Positions 9,688 through 19,306 of a DNA stretch of 64,000 nucleotides are shown piece after piece; positions within the stretch are counted from its first letter, which is position 1; every line of letters begins with the position of its first letter. The translations under genes and the position numbers were made by a program. The notes under the pieces are model-generated. The model was not told the DNA's origin. It searched no databases and saw only the letters and a list, made by a program, of their open reading frames with translations. The DNA is from an uncultured Saccharospirillaceae bacterium. Its GTDB lineage: Bacteria > Bacteroidota > Bacteroidia > Flavobacteriales_D > CAJJDF01. The stretch is taken from NCBI GenBank assembly GCA_950054195.1, contig CATLPG010000007.1, positions 1,579 to 65,578 on the forward strand, in the 5' to 3' direction.

Positions 9688-9708
9688 TAAATTCTTCTTT
9701 AGACTTAA

Positions 9709-12700
9709 ATGAGCAAAAATTTTAAAATATATAAATCTTCAGCAGGTTCTGGTAAAACGTACACGCTAGTTAAAGAGTATCTAGGAATTGTACTTTCACA
9801 AGAAAAAACCAATCGTTACCGTAATATTTTGGCTATTACCTTTACCAATAAGGCAGCTGCCGAAATGAAAGAACGGATTTTAGAGCACTTAAAGAGCTTA
9901 TCTGCACCTGTTGATTCGCCCCATTTTGATAAAGGATTATTGGAAGACTATTCTCAATCGTTAAATCTTTCCTCTTCGGTTATTCAAGAAAGAGCACAAG
10001 AAACCTTTCAATCGTTATTGCATAATTATTCTGATTTAAAGGTTTCAACTATCGATAAGTTTACGCATAAAATTATTCGAGCTTTTGCAAGAGATTTAGA
10101 TCTTCAACAAGATTTTGATGTTGAAATGGATGTTGACTTTATCTTACAATCTGCCATTCATCAAGTAATAGAGCAAGTAGGAGAGGATCAAGAAATTTCA
10201 GAAACACTCAAAAAGGTTACCAAAGAGCAAATCAACAACGAAAAAACATGGAATATTGAACAAAACCTGTTTGATTTTACTAAAACCTTCATCAATGAAG
10301 ATAATTTTGAATTTTTAGAACAGCTACAGCAAATTGAATTGTCAGAGATAAAAAAAGGTGTAAAGCAAATTCTAAATACTAAAAAAGAGCTTGAGTTAAA
10401 AGTAAAAACAATAGCAAAGGATGTTGTAAATGTAATTGATCAATCAGGTGTAGAGAAAGGAGATTTTCCTTATGGCACTTTTTATCAATTTTTTGTTGAT
10501 TTAAGTAATGGTTCGTTCGAAAAATATCATGAAATACCTGCTCGTGTTTTATCAGCTTTTGAGTCGGATGCTGTTGATTGGTTATCAAAAAAAGCAGCAA
10601 AAATAAAAGCATCCAATATCTTAAGTGTAGAAACTAGTATAAGAGATTGTTGTCATCAATTACTAGCTATCAGAGATAGTTTTTTTACCTATCAATTATT
10701 GGCTATTCATGCGATTCATTTAGAATTAATTCAACACATTTATAACCAACTGGATAAATTAAAAGAAGAAAATACTATTCTTCTCATATCAGATTTTAAC
10801 AAAATCATATCTGAACAAATTAAAGACCAACCAGCACCATTTATTTATGAAAAAATAGGAGAGAGGTATAAAAACATTATGATCGATGAGTTTCAAGATA
10901 CCTCCATTCTTCAATGGCAAAATATCTTACCTCTAATTGATAATTCGTTGGCTCAAGGGGATGAGAGCCTAGTGGTTGGTGATGCAAAACAAGCTATTTA
11001 CCGATTTAGAGGAGGTAAAGTAGAACAATTTGTACAATTACCTCATATCTACGAGCACAAAAATGATCCTTTACTGTTGGAGCGTGAACAGGCACTAATT
11101 TATAATCACGAACCTAAAGTATTAGATACCAATTACCGATCTCAAAAAGAAGTAGTAAGCTTTAATAATTGGTTTTTTGAGGAGTTGAAAAATAATCTAA
11201 CCCAAGATTATCAACAAATTTATGAAGCCAGCTCTCAAAATGTTAGAAAAGGTTTTGATAAAGGATATGTTGAGGTAAGTTTCATCCCTCATAAAGAAGT
11301 CGAAGACTTAGACGAAGCCTATGTTGAACAAACAAAAAATAAAATAGAAGATTCTGTTAAGCATGGGTATCAATACAAAGACATTGCAGTTCTTGTTAGA
11401 GACAACAAAAAGAGTACCCTAGTAGCTGATTACTTATTGTCAAAAAGTATTCCAGTTATCACATCAGAAAGTTTACTCATTCATACGAATAAAGAAGTTC
11501 ACTTTTTAGTCAATTTTTTGAAGTTAATCCATCAGCCATTAGATAATCAAGCAAAATTAAGTTTGGTGAAACTTCTAGTAAGTCAAGATAAACTCAGTGA
11601 GATACTTCTCAACAACTTAATTCCTAAACGAAGGAAAAATAATATCAATTTTGATCACATACTTAAAAGCTTTGATAAACGATTGGATGATATTTCTAAA
11701 TTGGATGTTTCCGTTTACGATTTAGCCGAACACATTATTAGAGAATTTGGGTTGCATAAGTCTGGAGCAAATCCATTTTTGATATGCTTGCTTGATCGTA
11801 TTTATGAAACAACAAAAAAGCGTAACGATCTATCATATTTTATCAAATACTGGGAGGATTATGGAGAAAAAATATCAATTAGTACTCCCGAAGATGCTGA
11901 TGCCGTAACAATTGTAACAATACATAAATCTAAAGGATTGCAGTATCCAGTTGTAATTTTACCGTTTGCAAACTGGGAATTTACCAAGCGAGGATATACG
12001 CCCTTGAGATGGGTTGCTACACCAGAGGAACTTCAACCAACATTACCAATAGCAGTACTGCCTTTAAAAAAAGAAGTAAAAGTAACTGCTTATGGGGTTT
12101 TAGCAGAAGAAGAACAGCAGATTAATAAATTAGATAATTTTAATTTGTTATATGTAGCACTTACTCGCCCTGAGCAAGCACTTTTTATTATTTCTGATAC
12201 CAACGTAAAAAACAAAGAAGGCTGGAAAGAAAATGCAATGAATAGCTATTTATATAAAGTTTGTTCTACGCATTCAAACTTCTCTAATGAAGAGCTTATC
12301 TTGGGAACTATTGAAGTCATCAAAACAAATAAATCGGAAGAAAAAGAGCAAGATGAATGGGAATTGACAAATGTTCAAAGTTCCGATTGGAGAGAAAAAG
12401 TTAAAATAAGCGAAGTTTATAAAAAGCATTGGGTAGAAGGAACTTACTTAGAATCGATCGAGTATGGAAATGCAGTTCATGCTACGCTAGGTTTAATGGA
12501 TATTCCCGAAGATTTAGATAAAGCATTAGAGAAACTATTGAAATCAGGGCAAATTAAACTGTCATGGGAATCCAAAATTAAAGAAGAGGTTCAAAACCTC
12601 ATGAAAAATGAAATTGTTAGTAAATGGTTTAATGGTAGTGGAGTATTAAAAAAGGAAGAAACAATTATAACGAAAGAAGGAGGTTTCTTAATCCCTGATC

Positions 12701-12879
12701 GAGTAATTCTGTATAACCATAAAGCTATTGTAGTTGATTATAAAACAGGGAATAAAGAAAAAAAACACATCGATCAAATTAATCAATACGAAGAAGTATT
12801 AAATGAAATGGGCTATGATGAAGTAGAAAAATACTTATTGTATACCAAAGATGTAGAAATTTTGAAAATAGATGAATAA
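9709..12879 (+). CDS. UvrD/AddA-like superfamily-1 helicase fused to a C-terminal PD-(D/E)xK (RecB-type) nuclease
   Basis: Walker A is SSAGSGKTYTL. Helicase motifs are ITFTNKAAAEMKERI, IDEFQDTS, VGDAKQAIYRFRGG, TNYRS, TIHKSKGLQYPVVILP and LLYVALTRPEQALF. Nuclease motifs are GNAVH...IPDRV...VVDYKTG...QINQY. Confidence 0.9.
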   Translation: MSKNFKIYKSSAGSGKTYTLVKEYLGIVLSQEKTNRYRNILAITFTNKAAAEMKERILEHLKSLSAPVDSPHFDKGLLEDYSQSLNLSSSVIQERAQETFQSLLHNYSDLKVSTIDKFTHKIIRAFARDLDLQQDFDVEMDVDFILQSAIHQVIEQVGEDQEISETLKKVTKEQINNEKTWNIEQNLFDFTKTFINEDNFEFLEQLQQIELSEIKKGVKQILNTKKELELKVKTIAKDVVNVIDQSGVEKGDFPYGTFYQFFVDLSNGSFEKYHEIPARVLSAFESDAVDWLSKKAAKIKASNILSVETSIRDCCHQLLAIRDSFFTYQLLAIHAIHLELIQHIYNQLDKLKEENTILLISDFNKIISEQIKDQPAPFIYEKIGERYKNIMIDEFQDTSILQWQNILPLIDNSLAQGDESLVVGDAKQAIYRFRGGKVEQFVQLPHIYEHKNDPLLLEREQALIYNHEPKVLDTNYRSQKEVVSFNNWFFEELKNNLTQDYQQIYEASSQNVRKGFDKGYVEVSFIPHKEVEDLDEAYVEQTKNKIEDSVKHGYQYKDIAVLVRDNKKSTLVADYLLSKSIPVITSESLLIHTNKEVHFLVNFLKLIHQPLDNQAKLSLVKLLVSQDKLSEILLNNLIPKRRKNNINFDHILKSFDKRLDDISKLDVSVYDLAEHIIREFGLHKSGANPFLICLLDRIYETTKKRNDLSYFIKYWEDYGEKISISTPEDADAVTIVTIHKSKGLQYPVVILPFANWEFTKRGYTPLRWVATPEELQPTLPIAVLPLKKEVKVTAYGVLAEEEQQINKLDNFNLLYVALTRPEQALFIISDTNVKNKEGWKENAMNSYLYKVCSTHSNFSNEELILGTIEVIKTNKSEEKEQDEWELTNVQSSDWREKVKISEVYKKHWVEGTYLESIEYGNAVHATLGLMDIPEDLDKALEKLLKSGQIKLSWESKIKEEVQNLMKNEIVSKWFNGSGVLKKEETIITKEGGFLIPDRVILYNHKAIVVDYKTGNKEKKHIDQINQYEEVLNEMGYDEVEKYLLYTKDVEILKIDE

Positions 12880-13756
12880 TAAATTAATTGTTGACGAACG
12901 TCAAAGAGATATAGGGCAATTTTTAGTAGGTAGGTTATTACCTTTTAAAGATAAACGACAAGTAGGGCCTTTTACCTATATCGATCATATGGGGCCTGTA
13001 GAGCTTGAAGAAGGGAAATTCTTCGACATCGATCAACACCCACACATAGGGTTATCTACACTAACCTATTTATTAAAAGGGGAGATAGAACATATGGATA
13101 GTATTGGCTCCAAACAGGTTGTTAAACCTGGAGATATCGCATTTATGACTTCTGGAAAGGCAGTAACTCATACTGAAAGAACTCCAAAAACATTAAGAGA
13201 AAGTGGAGAAAAAATAATCATGCACGGGTATCAAATATGGGTAGTCCTTCCAAAGCAATTAGAAGACATGGAACCAAACTTTCAATTCTTCTCTTCAAAT
13301 GAAATCCCTTCAAAAGTTACGGATGATTATAGTCTGAAATTATTAGCAGGAGAGGGCTTTGGGTTACGTGCACCTTTGCAAGGGTACTCTCCCTTATTTA
13401 TGGTAGATATCACAGCAAAAAAAACAACTGATTTAGCGTTAGCAGATCAATTAAGTGGTGAATTAGCAATTGTAGTAGTAGAGGGAGAATTAGAGGCAGA
13501 TGGAGAAACTATAAAACAAGGACAAATGCTCATAAGTAAAACAGATGAGCAGTGTAAAGTACATTTAAAAAAGGATACTCAAATACTTATTTTTGGAGGA
13601 AAACCGCTGGAAGATGATGTATTTCTTTTATGGAATTTTGTTTCTTCTGATAAAGATAAATTAGAGCAAGCAAAACAAGATTGGAAAGCAAAAAAGTTTC
13701 CCAAAATAGAAGAGGATGACACCTATGTTCCTTTTCCAGAAATGAAGCTTAAATAA
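12872..13756 (+). CDS. Pirin family protein (bicupin)
   Basis: The stretch HPHIGLSTLTYLLKGEIEHMDSIG...GDIAFMTSGKAVTHTE matches the pirin N-terminal cupin metal site. Its start overlaps the helicase stop by 8 nt. Confidence 0.8.
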   Translation: MNNKLIVDERQRDIGQFLVGRLLPFKDKRQVGPFTYIDHMGPVELEEGKFFDIDQHPHIGLSTLTYLLKGEIEHMDSIGSKQVVKPGDIAFMTSGKAVTHTERTPKTLRESGEKIIMHGYQIWVVLPKQLEDMEPNFQFFSSNEIPSKVTDDYSLKLLAGEGFGLRAPLQGYSPLFMVDITAKKTTDLALADQLSGELAIVVVEGELEADGETIKQGQMLISKTDEQCKVHLKKDTQILIFGGKPLEDDVFLLWNFVSSDKDKLEQAKQDWKAKKFPKIEEDDTYVPFPEMKLK

Positions 13757-13769
13757 CGGTAATAGTTAG

Positions 13770-15209
13770 TTAGGCTTTGTCTTCTGGTTTGCTATCACCA
13801 TCCTCATTTGGTTTTATGTTTTCATCTGAAGAAGATTCCTCGCTATCAATTCTACCTTCGTAAAGATCATCCATTTCATCGAAATATTCTTTTTCTTCTT
13901 CAAAACGTTGTTTTTCAACTTGATCTTCTAAGTAGTTAAGGTTTAGATTTTCAATAAACACATCCCTAACTTTTTGTCCTCTTGCAGCAATCAAAGCAAT
14001 CGTCATAACTACACTCGTAATTAAGATCGTGTACAATAAAATACCAGGATCAAAATTGTCAATAGTTAAGTCTAATTTAGCATCGTAGTTACCTTCCTCA
14101 TCAAGACCAGTCGGAATTGTGTAGAATAACAATACAGTAATTAAACCTCTTGGAGCAATCCATAATTCTGGAACAATACTTTTTCCCCATAGCAATACCC
14201 GAAGCATAATGAAACGAACCAAGTACAATACACCTACAATCACTAAGCTATAAGATGCTACATGCCAATCAAATAGGCTAGATAATGTAATGCTGACACC
14301 AAACATCACAAAGAAGAATGTTCGTAGTACAAAAGCCGATTCTAATGTAATAATATGGAACTCATGAAAAACAGGTTTAATTTGTTCTTCATTCACGGCA
14401 TTTTTAAGTGGTCCTCTAAAAAACAACCCAGCATTATTTAAAATTAATCCGAAGAATAAGATGATAATTAATGATGATATACCTAGCACAGAGCCAACAG
14501 CATATACCAGCATTAAAACAGCAATAATTAAGAATAGTTTTACATGACTAGTAATTCGCTGGAATAACCAAACCAATACGTAGCTCAAAATAATTGCAAC
14601 AGCAATTGTTATTCCCAAATCAATAGAAACATTTAATATTACATCCCCAGTACTCTCGTATGATTCTGAAGAAGTCAAAAATTGAAAAAAGATAATCCCA
14701 AAAATATCAGAAAAAGTACTCTCATAAATCATGAACTCCTTCTTACTCTGTTCTAAACTTCCAACACTAGGAATAATGATTGCACTACTCATAATAGATA
14801 GTGGAACAGCATAAGCCATAGCTTGCATAAAACTGGTGGTTAAAAAATACTGAATGGCTAAAGCAATAATTAATGAGCTAATGATCAAACAAAACAGTGC
14901 AGAAACCAATGACTTTACGATTAGTCCGAGTTTTTCTTTTTTTAGCTTTAGATCCAATGCAGCTTCTAAAACAATGAGGATCAGTCCAACTTTACCAACT
15001 ATAATTAGTAGCTGGGATACCAAGGGACTCTCTCTAATTTCATCACCAACAATGTATTGTATTCCAACACCTAGCATAAGTAGTAATAATACACTAGGAA
15101 TATTGGTCTTTTTAGAAATGATATTAAAAATAAAGCTGATGATAATAATTATGGAAGCCCCCATAATTGCTATGTATTCTGGCTTTAGGTGTAGTGAGCT
15201 TAGTAGCAT
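13770..15209 (-). CDS. Cation:proton antiporter (Na+/H+ exchanger family) with acidic cytoplasmic tail
   Basis: About 11-12 predicted TM helices with a typical CPA layout. The C-terminal region is rich in acidic residues. Confidence 0.7.
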   Translation of the reverse strand: MLLSSLHLKPEYIAIMGASIIIIISFIFNIISKKTNIPSVLLLLMLGVGIQYIVGDEIRESPLVSQLLIIVGKVGLILIVLEAALDLKLKKEKLGLIVKSLVSALFCLIISSLIIALAIQYFLTTSFMQAMAYAVPLSIMSSAIIIPSVGSLEQSKKEFMIYESTFSDIFGIIFFQFLTSSESYESTGDVILNVSIDLGITIAVAIILSYVLVWLFQRITSHVKLFLIIAVLMLVYAVGSVLGISSLIIILFFGLILNNAGLFFRGPLKNAVNEEQIKPVFHEFHIITLESAFVLRTFFFVMFGVSITLSSLFDWHVASYSLVIVGVLYLVRFIMLRVLLWGKSIVPELWIAPRGLITVLLFYTIPTGLDEEGNYDAKLDLTIDNFDPGILLYTILITSVVMTIALIAARGQKVRDVFIENLNLNYLEDQVEKQRFEEEKEYFDEMDDLYEGRIDSEESSSDENIKPNEDGDSKPEDKA

Positions 15210-15238
15210 ATGTAATCAATATTTGTTGAAATTACCAA

Positions 15239-16633
15239 TTAAGAGGCAGATTGCATAAGTACGGCACATAAAATTGCACCATACGTACCTAAAGCATATC
15301 CAAGCACGGCTAATAACACACCAACTGGTGCTAAACTAGGGTGAAACGCACCTGCTACTACAGGTGCAGAGGCTGCTCCTCCTATGTTTGCTTTACTACC
15401 AACAGCTAAAAAGAAGAATGGTGCTTTAATGATCCATGCCATTAAAAATAACAACGCTACATGAATGAGCATCCAAACGCCTCCAATAGCAAATAATCCA
15501 AGATTATCTACAATAGCACTAATATCCATTTTCATACCGATTGTAGCAACTAAAATGTAAATGAAAACACTTCCAATTTTCGATGCTCCAGCACCTTCGT
15601 AATTTCTAGCTTTAGTAAAGCTCAAAATAATACCTACTGTAGTAGAAATAACAATCAACCAGAAAAATGAACTTCCTAATCCAAATGGTTTTAGCTTAGG
15701 GAAATTTTCTCCAATCACAGGACCTAAATAATCTGCTACTAAATGAGCGAACCCAGTAACACCTAAGCCAATCATTAAAATCATGATAATGTCATTAAAT
15801 GAAGCAACACGCGCTGTTCGCTGACTAAATTCATGCATTTTATTCTTTAAGTTTTCTACAGCAGAGCTATCAGCTTTAAAGAACTTATCGATCTTTTTAG
15901 CATTAGCAACACCAATTAATAAAAATGCCATCCAAACCTCTGCAACTAATACATCTACGGTAATCATTACAGAAAAAAGCTCATCGTTTACCTCGTATAG
16001 CTCTTTCATCGCAGTTTGATTAGCTCCCCCACCAATCCAGCTACCCGCTACCGTAGATAGCCCCCTCCAGATTTCACTGCCATTTACATCAGCCAATAAC
16101 TCAGGATTTACTATACTAAAAAACCAAATAGCAAGGGGACCACCAATAACAACTCCAACAGTAGCGGTTAAAAACATGATAAGTGCCTTAGGACCTAAAC
16201 GAAATACTTCTCTTAAACTAATACTGATAGTTAGCAAAACCAAACTAGCAGGAAGTAAATAACGAGAAGCAACAAAGTATAGTTGGGATTTTCCAATAAA
16301 TGGCTCATAAACATCCTTAGCAATGTTATTTTCCTTAACAAAAACCTTAAGTTGTTCTAAAGAGGCTCCAGCATCAATAGAATATCCCAGTGATTGTAAT
16401 TCATTTATGGTGGCCGAAACATCAATCCATTTAGCAGCTATAATACCTGCCGTAGAGAAAAGAGAAGGTAAAAAATAACACAATAGAAGAGCAGGAATAA
16501 TTTTATAAAACCCTTTAAACCTATTTAGTGAAGATGTATGAAAAATTAACCCTAAGAGCCCCAGTAATATGGCAAGAACTACAGCGTCATTTGTTATTAA
16601 TGGAACATTTTGTGTAATTTCTGATAAATTCAT
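15239..16633 (-). CDS. Polytopic membrane protein, DUF819-like
   Basis: Multi-TM protein. The segment GSWIGGGANQTAMKE and the overall architecture match my recollection of DUF819. The family assignment is untested. Confidence 0.55.
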   Translation of the reverse strand: MNLSEITQNVPLITNDAVVLAILLGLLGLIFHTSSLNRFKGFYKIIPALLLCYFLPSLFSTAGIIAAKWIDVSATINELQSLGYSIDAGASLEQLKVFVKENNIAKDVYEPFIGKSQLYFVASRYLLPASLVLLTISISLREVFRLGPKALIMFLTATVGVVIGGPLAIWFFSIVNPELLADVNGSEIWRGLSTVAGSWIGGGANQTAMKELYEVNDELFSVMITVDVLVAEVWMAFLLIGVANAKKIDKFFKADSSAVENLKNKMHEFSQRTARVASFNDIIMILMIGLGVTGFAHLVADYLGPVIGENFPKLKPFGLGSSFFWLIVISTTVGIILSFTKARNYEGAGASKIGSVFIYILVATIGMKMDISAIVDNLGLFAIGGVWMLIHVALLFLMAWIIKAPFFFLAVGSKANIGGAASAPVVAGAFHPSLAPVGVLLAVLGYALGTYGAILCAVLMQSAS

Positions 16634-16677
16634 TTAAATTTAGATCTAATTAAGAATGTTCAAGATAAAAAAAACTT

Positions 16678-17493
16678 ATGAAATTATTAACTCAGGCTAC
16701 CATAGTAGTTGTTATTCTTACATTAAACTTGTCTGCTAAAGCTCAGCTAGTAGACTCAACTGATAAAAAGTCTTCTTTTTTTTCAGATGCTTCGTATTCA
16801 TTTGGTTTTGATATTGGAGGACATAGTTATGGAGGTTTTAATAAAGCCCTTAATTTTAGAATTCATAAAAAATTTGGACGATTAAAATTTGCTCTAGAAA
16901 AAAATGGGGCATCATTGGGATTAATTGCAGGCAAATCTATAGTTCCTTACCCTTTTTTAATTACTCCACCTGATTCAAATAATGTTTTTGTAGGAAGAAA
17001 GGAGTTTAATTATCCAGTTAAATTATCATCCATCACTATAGGTTATGAAAAGGTTTTTGAAAAAAAGAAAATTAATTGGTTAGTCGGCAGTGATTTATCG
17101 ATAACTAGAGCCATTATTAAGAACACAGAAGAAATTGGGAATTATCAAATTACTGTTAGTGATTCTGGATTTTCTCAAAATCAACCATGGGGAAATTATT
17201 TATATGAAACAAATGAGCTCAACCAACTTGACACCCTTAACTACAGAAATTATTACCGAAAGTTAAATTTTATAGGAATAAGTATAAATGGAGGAATAGG
17301 AGTAAAGTTAACAAGCAAACTATACTTAACAATTACAGGAGAATTTCATTGGTTCTTTAAAATTTCAGACAAAAAAGAGGATGATTACTCAACTAGCTTA
17401 CAAAAAGAAAACTTTTCAAATTTTGACTATCAAGCTCAATTGGATTTGCCTCTTAAATTATCTTCAAACTTTGGGTTGTATTATAAGTTTTAG
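16678..17493 (+). CDS. Hypothetical outer-membrane beta-barrel protein
   Basis: Signal peptide ending AKAQ. Alternating-hydrophobic strands and a terminal aromatic residue (..GLYYKF) are typical of OM beta-barrels. Confidence 0.5.
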   Translation: MKLLTQATIVVVILTLNLSAKAQLVDSTDKKSSFFSDASYSFGFDIGGHSYGGFNKALNFRIHKKFGRLKFALEKNGASLGLIAGKSIVPYPFLITPPDSNNVFVGRKEFNYPVKLSSITIGYEKVFEKKKINWLVGSDLSITRAIIKNTEEIGNYQITVSDSGFSQNQPWGNYLYETNELNQLDTLNYRNYYRKLNFIGISINGGIGVKLTSKLYLTITGEFHWFFKISDKKEDDYSTSLQKENFSNFDYQAQLDLPLKLSSNFGLYYKF

Positions 17494-18254
17494 CTAAATC
17501 GTTCGCTCTCTAGTTTTGGCCACTCCATATTCATTTCATCGAAAGCCTTTAAAATAGCTTTGCTAATTAAATGTTCTTTGTACCAGTTTTTGTCGGAAGG
17601 TATAATTTGCCAAGGAACATGATTACACTTTTTAAAGATAGTCTCATAAACACTCATGTAATCATTCCAATGTTCACGTGTATCCCAATCACCATCATTA
17701 TGTTTGTAATGCTTTTCAGGATTGGTTACCCGTTCCATTAGCCTTTCTTTTTGCGTATCTTTTGATACATGGAGGTAAAACTTTAAAATTCTGGTACCGT
17801 TTGTTTCTAGTAACTGCTCAAAGTTATTTATAATGTTATAGCGATCATTAATTACATTTTCTTCAATATACCCCATAACACTAGGGACCAAAATATCCTC
17901 GTAGTGTGAGCGATCAAAAATTTGAATCATACCCTTCCTCGGAACGTGTTTGTGAATTCTCCATAAAAAATCATGAGCAAACTCTTCTTCAGTAGGTTTT
18001 TTAAAGCTTTTTACTTTAATTCCAGCTGGATTAACACCTGCTAGCACTCGAGCAGCACCACTTTTACCAGCGGCATCCATTCCTTGTAGAATAATAAGTA
18101 AACTGTTTTTACCTTCGGCTTGCATGAGTTTTTGCTGATCAATAATTTGGTCGAGCATTTCTTTGTTCTCTTTTTTGATAGATTTTTTATCAAATTCATC
18201 AGAAGGTTTAGTGTCTATGGATGAGAGCATTTTACTATTTTTAATGGAAAACAA
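17490..18254 (-). CDS. ppk2: Polyphosphate kinase 2 family protein (polyphosphate:nucleotide phosphotransferase)
   Basis: Walker A-like LQGMDAAGKSG, followed by FKKPTEEEFAHDFLWRIHKHVPRKGMIQIFDRSHYEDILV. Size is that of a single-domain PPK2. Confidence 0.85.
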   Translation of the reverse strand: MFSIKNSKMLSSIDTKPSDEFDKKSIKKENKEMLDQIIDQQKLMQAEGKNSLLIILQGMDAAGKSGAARVLAGVNPAGIKVKSFKKPTEEEFAHDFLWRIHKHVPRKGMIQIFDRSHYEDILVPSVMGYIEENVINDRYNIINNFEQLLETNGTRILKFYLHVSKDTQKERLMERVTNPEKHYKHNDGDWDTREHWNDYMSVYETIFKKCNHVPWQIIPSDKNWYKEHLISKAILKAFDEMNMEWPKLESERFS

Positions 18255-18385
18255 AACTAATTAAAAGTATTGACTAGTTGAATTTTTTGTATTTCAACCT
18301 AAAATATGTGCACTTCACCTAATTTATTTTGGATAATTCTCAACTTCGAATGATAGCTTTTTAAAACCTACAAAGTGATAATTGT

Positions 18386-18393
18386 TATATTTG
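18386..18393 (+). promoter_or_regulatory. Candidate Bacteroidota -7 promoter box (TAnnTTTG)
   Basis: TATATTTG lies 51 nt upstream of the 18444 ATG. No well-spaced -33 TTG is present. Chance occurrence in AT-rich DNA is not negligible. Confidence 0.3.
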
Positions 18394-18443
18394 GGATAAA
18401 TGTAATAGTTACGTTTATATTGATGTTATCTACAATTTGACAA

Positions 18444-19223
18444 ATGAAAAATGCTGTTTACATAATTATTCTTTTTTACCTTTTGGGATGTTCCCAAACA
18501 CAGGTCGCTAAAGATGAAAAACTAAACGAAAAGATGGTAAATGATCTTGTAGGTAAGTCAACTCAAGTATACGGTGATACAAAGGTTGGAAACTTCTTTC
18601 GTGCTATTTTTTCTAAATACGAAAATGACTATTACGTTTTAGGTTCAGGAATAACTTTTAGCGAAGAAATTACGAGAGATGAGCCAAGTAGTTATCATTT
18701 TAAATCTTCCTTTTTAATTGTGGATAGCTTTAAAAAAGGAAATGAGAAATATTTAATTGATATAACTCCTAAAATCATTCAAGAAAACTCGGATATAACA
18801 ATTTTTAAAGGAAAACATGGCTGTCATTGGGAGTTAAGCATTGATGGCTGTGAATGGATGGGATTTACAGATGGAAAGATTTCTGATTTTATTTGGAATA
18901 AAAATGGAGATGGATATAATGAGGACTTCATTAAATCTCTTAATAAGGTAAATTTTCAAACCAGAAAAGAAAAAGAGAAGTTTTGCTCTTCCATACTTGA
19001 TGCAATTTCAATCCATTTTGCACCAGATTTCACAAAATGCGAACGGACAAACGTTGATTTTAGTTGGGCTGAAAACAAGCTGATAATTACTAACGAATAT
19101 TCTGAAAACTGCACAGAATTTAGAGATGGCAGACCAAAAGAAGAGATTCAATTCTTGCATGCGTTGGCATTTGAATTCGAGGAGAACAGAATTAAAAATT
19201 TGAAAAGAATAATAAAAAAGTAG
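18444..19223 (+). CDS. Hypothetical lipoprotein
   Basis: Lipobox LLGC-S after a hydrophobic leader. No recognisable domain. Confidence 0.55.
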   Translation: MKNAVYIIILFYLLGCSQTQVAKDEKLNEKMVNDLVGKSTQVYGDTKVGNFFRAIFSKYENDYYVLGSGITFSEEITRDEPSSYHFKSSFLIVDSFKKGNEKYLIDITPKIIQENSDITIFKGKHGCHWELSIDGCEWMGFTDGKISDFIWNKNGDGYNEDFIKSLNKVNFQTRKEKEKFCSSILDAISIHFAPDFTKCERTNVDFSWAENKLIITNEYSENCTEFRDGRPKEEIQFLHALAFEFEENRIKNLKRIIKK

Positions 19224-19306
19224 ATAACATGGTGTATAGTACCTACGAGATCCAAGACACTATACGTTTTACCTACAAACTAAACAGTTAACCGACCACC
19301 CCCCTC

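Noticed and set aside
8060-15258. Track ORFs 8060..8257, 10379..10612 and 14854..15258
   Set aside because: They are embedded antisense in the 786-aa gene, the helicase gene and the antiporter gene respectively, and they have no motifs.
17490-17493. Convergent genes with overlapping stop codons (plus-strand TAG at 17491-17493, minus-strand TAA at 17490-17492). Zero or 1-nt convergent junctions also occur at 30665/30667, 53509/53510 and 56793/56794
   Set aside because: This is a real observation, but tight convergent packing is common in compact genomes. It only implies there is no intrinsic terminator between the genes.
19224-19306. Hairpin gtatagt-(18 nt)-actatac and a C-rich run between convergent genes
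   Set aside because: The stem is short with a large loop and no T tract, which is too weak to call a terminator.
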